Origin: Candidatus Bathyarchaeia archaeon
GTDB taxonomy: Archaea > Thermoproteota > Bathyarchaeia > Bathyarchaeales > Bathycorpusculaceae
Assembly: GCA_038727135.1 (NCBI GenBank)
Contig: JAVYWL010000004.1
Span: 92,644-156,643, forward strand
Length of the DNA: 64,000 nt
Direction: 5' to 3'
This document shows, in pieces, positions 59,829 through 64,000 of this stretch. Under the pieces are notes generated by a model. It had not been told where the DNA came from. It saw only the letters and a program-made list of their open reading frames with translations, and searched no databases. The position numbers and the translations under genes are program-made. How positions within the stretch are numbered: the first letter of the stretch is position 1; each line of letters opens with the position of its first letter.

Positions 59829-60626
59829 TTGCAAATACCCAAGTATGTTGCCTTTGCTTTAGCATCAGCTGTGATTTTACTCTCCTTAACACATTGTTGT
59901 GGGCAAAGGCTGATGGGCGGCATCTCTAATAAAGTGGTTTTGAATGTTGATGGCGATTTAGAGTTTGATGCGGTCCGAGATGCTTGCTTTTGGCATCCCC
60001 ATAGTGCTGGTGGCAACATAGCCCAAAAGATGAGTGGCGAATGGAATATCACTTTTGGCGACTGCGCCACCATGGTTTTGAATGCTTATGAGGGGAAGCA
60101 TGGACATATTGCGGCTGGAGCATGGTGGCTTGATTGGGCTGGGGCTAACTTTTCGAAAGTTCCGCTGAACCAGACAATAATTGTTTCCGTGGACATCCGC
60201 GTCAGAGTCGCCAACCATACTGGTAGGGCTTGGCTTAGGATAGCCATCGCCTCAGCCTTCCAAGACCCAGAAAGCATAGGTGGATACCGTGTCAAATATA
60301 CAGAGCTTGACATTTATGATAACCAGCAAGCCCTAAGCCACTCGCAAGGAAATATCAAAAACGGAGGCAACAAAATTTTCCAAGGCGGAGACGTTGTAGA
60401 ATTCAAATACGATTTTATCCCGCTTGGAGAGTGGGAACATTACGAGTTTAACCTGACAAAATGGCATGAAAAAGCATGGGGCGACATAGCCAAAATTGGA
60501 CTTTTAGAATCCGTCTACATAGTTATAGAAGTGGACTGCAGAGAATCCACGGGCTATGCGGGAACAGCCTACGCAATTGTTGACGTGGATAACTTGTGGG
60601 TCTACAAGCTAAAAGCCGCCGCATAG
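59829..60626 (+). CDS. Secreted beta-sandwich hypothetical protein (lectin/glycoside-binding-like)
   Basis: Signal peptide; Trp-rich; GEWEHYEFNLT and VDVDNLWV endings typical of jelly-roll folds. Confidence 0.65.
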   Translation: MQIPKYVAFALASAVILLSLTHCCGQRLMGGISNKVVLNVDGDLEFDAVRDACFWHPHSAGGNIAQKMSGEWNITFGDCATMVLNAYEGKHGHIAAGAWWLDWAGANFSKVPLNQTIIVSVDIRVRVANHTGRAWLRIAIASAFQDPESIGGYRVKYTELDIYDNQQALSHSQGNIKNGGNKIFQGGDVVEFKYDFIPLGEWEHYEFNLTKWHEKAWGDIAKIGLLESVYIVIEVDCRESTGYAGTAYAIVDVDNLWVYKLKAAA

Positions 60627-60644
60627 CCTTTAGGTTCTGATTAA

Positions 60645-60668
60645 GTGCAGGGGGTGGGATTTGAACCC
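60645..60668 (-). repeat. tRNA 3'-end fragment (tRNA-Leu-like), candidate att site
   Basis: Minus strand GGGTTCAAATCCCACCCCCTGCAC = T loop plus acceptor 3' strand; no anticodon or D arm adjacent. Confidence 0.8.
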
Positions 60669-60776
60669 GCCACGGTGTGCAGATTTCTCCCGCAATTTCC
60701 CTTCTTTTTCTGTTTTGGGCCTTTATCTTGCTGTTTTGTTGTTTTTGGGCTGATTTTTCTTTTGAGGTAGCTTGCG

Positions 60777-61496
60777 GTGGGCGTGTTTGTTAGTTTGGAT
60801 TTTTTGCGTGGTAGGCTTCCCTCTTATTTGTTGGAGGAGTTGGCTTTGTTTTTGGGTTTTTGTTTTGAATGTGGAGGTTGCCTACGTAATGTTGATGGTG
60901 AGGTTGTTTGTGAGAAGTGTGGGCGGGTTTGGGGTTACGAGAACGTTGATAAAAGCGTTCCTTTCCCGGAGGACGAAAATGATGGAGCCCACGGTCATTT
61001 TGAGGGGCATTGGCAGCCTAGTAGCAGCCTATGCTTCCTGAAGGGCTTAGGCGATCCAACACTAGAAAACAACGGAGGTAGGGGTTTGATGCGGGTTTTG
61101 GCTTTGGCTCCAGCCCAAGGCGAGGACTTGGGGCTTAGGGCTCGCAGAATCAAAGTTATGGTGCAGGCTGAGGACCCGCCGCAGCTGAGAAAAATCCTAT
61201 CCAGAATTTCACAACTTCTAGATAAGCTTGGATATCGCGGAAACTATGAGATGGCGGCTTATACTGGAAATTTGGCTAGGAAAATTGTCGCCTTCGCCTT
61301 AGCTGCCCGGCTAAAAGTTCCTACAAGATGGGCGGACGCCATAGTGAAGCATGCCCTAAACAAGCTACAGCTCAATGTGGATTCACAGAATCAAGCTTTA
61401 AGCGTCAAAGACGAAGATTTGCAGTTCGTGGAATGGTTTGAAAACGTCATACAACAATTCAAGCTTAAAGAGGTTAAGCCTTATCCATCGGGGTAA
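60777..61496 (+). CDS. TFIIB/TFB-like zinc-ribbon protein (truncated TFB-like)
   Basis: CFECGG...DGEVVCEKCGRV ribbon; helical segment resembling the first cyclin repeat. Confidence 0.6.
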   Translation: MGVFVSLDFLRGRLPSYLLEELALFLGFCFECGGCLRNVDGEVVCEKCGRVWGYENVDKSVPFPEDENDGAHGHFEGHWQPSSSLCFLKGLGDPTLENNGGRGLMRVLALAPAQGEDLGLRARRIKVMVQAEDPPQLRKILSRISQLLDKLGYRGNYEMAAYTGNLARKIVAFALAARLKVPTRWADAIVKHALNKLQLNVDSQNQALSVKDEDLQFVEWFENVIQQFKLKEVKPYPSG

Positions 61497-62403
61497 GCCA
61501 AGGCTCAGCTAACGTGCGGTATGTTTCCCTCCAGCCCTCCCGGCTCTTGCTGACATAAACAATTTGCTGCTCTGGAACCTTGTGGCCCATCCAAAACTCT
61601 ATGTAAAGCGGATCAACTTTATGGTCGCTTAGTATGGTGCGGAAAGCCGCCCTTAGCGAATGAGGGCTATACGGGTTTCGTCCTTTGAATTTTCCGCCGA
61701 ACTTTCGGCCTATTTTTGCGAAGTATCTGTCCACAGCCCTCGCAGAAACCGTAAAGATAGGCGTGTCCTCCTCCAATTTTCTGCCTTCCAAATGCTGTTT
61801 CAGAAGCGGTAAAGCCCATCCGCCAAGAAACGTTAGGAAGGGAATGTTTGTTTTCTTCCTCGAAAGGTCTAGGCAGAGGGGTGATACACCTTTCTCGAAT
61901 TCGGTTTGGATGTCGGCGTATTTTAGGCTCAGCAGGTCTGACACGCTCAGTCCGCTTTGGACTATGCAGGCTGCAATGCACTTGTATTGAACGTTGTCCA
62001 TCAGCGATGTGAATTTGTCTATCTCATCAATAGTCCATGGATGCTTCTTATGGATAGCCTTAGCAGGCGGGCGGCTGATATAACGCATACTCAACGGGAT
62101 ATCGTAGTATTTGGCCAAGGATTGAACAGCTCCCACATAAGTGTTTATGGATTTGGGGGCAAAACCCTCAGCATGTAAATAGCCTATGAAACCGTTAAGG
62201 GTTTTACGGGCTATGCGAGTCTTCTCAAGTCTAGGCTTCTGCAAGTCTTCTTCAACAAGCTTCAGAAAAGCAGCAACGTCAAGTCCTTGGCTGGCTAAGA
62301 ATTCCTGGAATAAGACTAAGCCCCTACCATATATGTGACGTGTTCCAGCCTTGAGAGCTGAAAGAAACTCTTCAACTTCAGGCGATAAAGGCTGCGTCAT
62401 CAA
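61474..62403 (-). CDS. Tyrosine recombinase/integrase
   Basis: N-terminal binding domain (APKSINTY); SGLSVSDL, RKKT, PHSLR, WMGH, catalytic Tyr in IVYVS. Confidence 0.9.
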   Translation of the reverse strand: MMTQPLSPEVEEFLSALKAGTRHIYGRGLVLFQEFLASQGLDVAAFLKLVEEDLQKPRLEKTRIARKTLNGFIGYLHAEGFAPKSINTYVGAVQSLAKYYDIPLSMRYISRPPAKAIHKKHPWTIDEIDKFTSLMDNVQYKCIAACIVQSGLSVSDLLSLKYADIQTEFEKGVSPLCLDLSRKKTNIPFLTFLGGWALPLLKQHLEGRKLEEDTPIFTVSARAVDRYFAKIGRKFGGKFKGRNPYSPHSLRAAFRTILSDHKVDPLYIEFWMGHKVPEQQIVYVSKSREGWRETYRTLAEPWLTPMDKA

Positions 62404-62704
62404 CTGAAAAATCTAAAGGAATAGCGCTTGGCAAACCTCTATATTATGGCGTTTTTCAAGACTTTTTGAAAAATTTTATTGAGTTGGGCGTTTTGGATGT
62501 TCTGTTAAGAGGTGTTAACAGAACAATATTCTCCATGGTCAAAGACGTGGACCAAGGCTGTTTCTTAATAGGATTCGTTATTAAACAATTAATTTTGCAC
62601 GGGCAGAGAGAGTTATGATATACATCTTAATTTATGCTTCGAGTGGGCGGGAAGGAGTTTCAAAGTTAATTAGTTAATATTTTTCCTTTTGAGGGTTTGC
62701 CTCG

Positions 62705-63184
62705 TTGCCTAGGCCTCGGAAGTATGCTGATATGATTGTCAAGTCTTTCTGTGTTGAAAGGGCAGTTTACGAAAGCCTTAGGGCTTTTTTGTCTGCGCAG
62801 GGCAGATCAATAAGCGAGGAAGTAAACGAACTCCTAAAGAGGCGCCTGGCAGAGCTTAAAGGCGGGGAACAGCCTCCTAACGGAGCCCAAAATTATGAGG
62901 CTTTGAAGCGTGAGCACGTCCAGCTTATGGAAGAGTCCATACGCCTAACAAAGCTCCTACAGAAAACAGGCGAGTATGACGCCTTAATAGAAATGGCGGA
63001 AAATCTGGGCCTTAACACGGAAACGCTGGAAAACGCTGAAGAAGTGGCAGCCAAACTACTACAAACTTGGAATGGACCAAAAGCACCAGCCCACACCCTC
63101 ATAACCCTACTAGAAACAATCCAAAAAAGAAAACAAATAGAAAAACAACTCGAAAAAATAAGAACAAAAAGGGGCAATTGTTAA
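62705..63184 (+). CDS. Ribbon-helix-helix-like DNA-binding protein with coiled coil
   Basis: MPRPRKY...VKSFCVE..VYESLR.....GRSISEEVNELL; divergent from the integrase. Confidence 0.65.
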   Translation: MPRPRKYADMIVKSFCVERAVYESLRAFLSAQGRSISEEVNELLKRRLAELKGGEQPPNGAQNYEALKREHVQLMEESIRLTKLLQKTGEYDALIEMAENLGLNTETLENAEEVAAKLLQTWNGPKAPAHTLITLLETIQKRKQIEKQLEKIRTKRGNC

Positions 63185-63231
63185 ACGTTATTAAATGTAG
63201 ATTTGGATGGTAATGTTGGAGTGAATGTGAA

Positions 63232-63918
63232 GTGAAGGATGTTGTTTGCAGCTTAAGGGATAGATTGGTGCATGTTGGTAAACAATTGTATGATCAAGGT
63301 CTTGTGATTGGAACCGAGGGGAACATAAGTGCGCGCATTCCTGGAACTGACAGGATTTTGATTAAGCCTTCCGGCGTTTCTATGGGTTCTTTGAGGGCTG
63401 AGGATTTTATTGTTGTTGATTTGGATGGTAATAAGGTTGAGGGAAAGCTTTCTCCTTCAATAGAAACGCCCTTGCACACGGCGATTTACAATGTCAGAAG
63501 TGATGTTCATGGGGTTGTTCATACACATGCGCCTTTTGCAACGGCTTTCGGCATCGCTGGGATTGAGATTATTCCCTTGCAGGTAGAGATGTTTCTGTAC
63601 ATTCCAAATGGTGTTCCAATATTGCCTTTTGAGCTTCCTGGTTCTAGAGCGTTGGCTGAGGCTGTTCAAAAGCTGATTAGGGATTTTAACGCGGTCATTC
63701 TAGAGAATCACGGCGTTATAACTGTTGGCTCGACTATTGAGGAAGCTTGCCTTCTAAACCGGATGGTGGAGGAATGTGCAAAGGTTCAGTTTGTTGCCAC
63801 CATGCTTGCTGGAAAAGATGCTGTAAGCTGGGAAACCCTAAAGGGGAAGCTGTTGTCCAAAATTGGAAGCGCAAATTTGGAGACGCTTAAGAGCAAGTTT
63901 AAAGTTTTCAGAATTTAG
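63232..63918 (+). CDS. Class II aldolase/adducin family protein (FucA/AraD-like)
   Basis: GNISAR, KPSG, PSIE..LH..IY, VVHTH, LENHG. Confidence 0.93.
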   Translation: MKDVVCSLRDRLVHVGKQLYDQGLVIGTEGNISARIPGTDRILIKPSGVSMGSLRAEDFIVVDLDGNKVEGKLSPSIETPLHTAIYNVRSDVHGVVHTHAPFATAFGIAGIEIIPLQVEMFLYIPNGVPILPFELPGSRALAEAVQKLIRDFNAVILENHGVITVGSTIEEACLLNRMVEECAKVQFVATMLAGKDAVSWETLKGKLLSKIGSANLETLKSKFKVFRI

Positions 63919-64000
63919 CCCTTAGTGGACTTCGCTGTTTCCCTAAGCAACAGGCAAAGCATTAGAGCGATCACATCGAATATGAATATGGACATGACTG

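Larger units (their letters stand above)
60645..64000. mobile_element. Left part of a tRNA-integrated element (right end not seen)
   Basis: att-like tRNA fragment, tyrosine integrase and divergent RHH gene; orientation places the intact tRNA to the right of the window. Confidence 0.65.

Noticed and set aside
60645-60720. Complete tRNA gene
   Set aside because: Only the T loop and acceptor 3' strand are present; adjacent sequence cannot form anticodon or D arms

Overview
Archaeal chromosomal window, most likely Bathyarchaeia/TACK. This is an inference from a crenarchaeal-type SSB, TFS, PCNA, aIF-1A/aIF-2beta, RIO1/Dim2, a NitrOD5-like protein, methanogenesis marker 8 and frequent TTG/GTG starts. 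Most of it is densely packed housekeeping genes: SAM/nucleoside salvage, glycine cleavage P subunits, pyrG, pyrB/pyrI, uppS, malic enzyme and tRNA-Pro(CGG). Accessory parts are an AT-richer catabolic block at ~12.0-23.3 kb (peptide ABC transporter, non-pyrrolysine MttB methyltransferase, D-aminoacylase, M20 peptidase) and the left end of a tRNA-integrated element starting at ~60.65 kb (tRNA-Leu-like 3' fragment, TFB-like protein, tyrosine integrase, RHH protein). The main highlight is an intact winged-helix/ATP-cone/class III ribonucleotide reductase fusion that has lost all radical-chemistry residues (candidate nucleotide-sensing pseudoenzyme regulator), next to divergent pyrB/pyrI. Others are a double ParB/SerK-cysteine synthase fusion with a divergent regulator and tandem palindromic operator, two genes that appear to start at ACG, a ~55-bp element present at two distant loci, and unannotated small or frameshifted genes. 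All protein calls are by-eye motif recognition; no searches were run.
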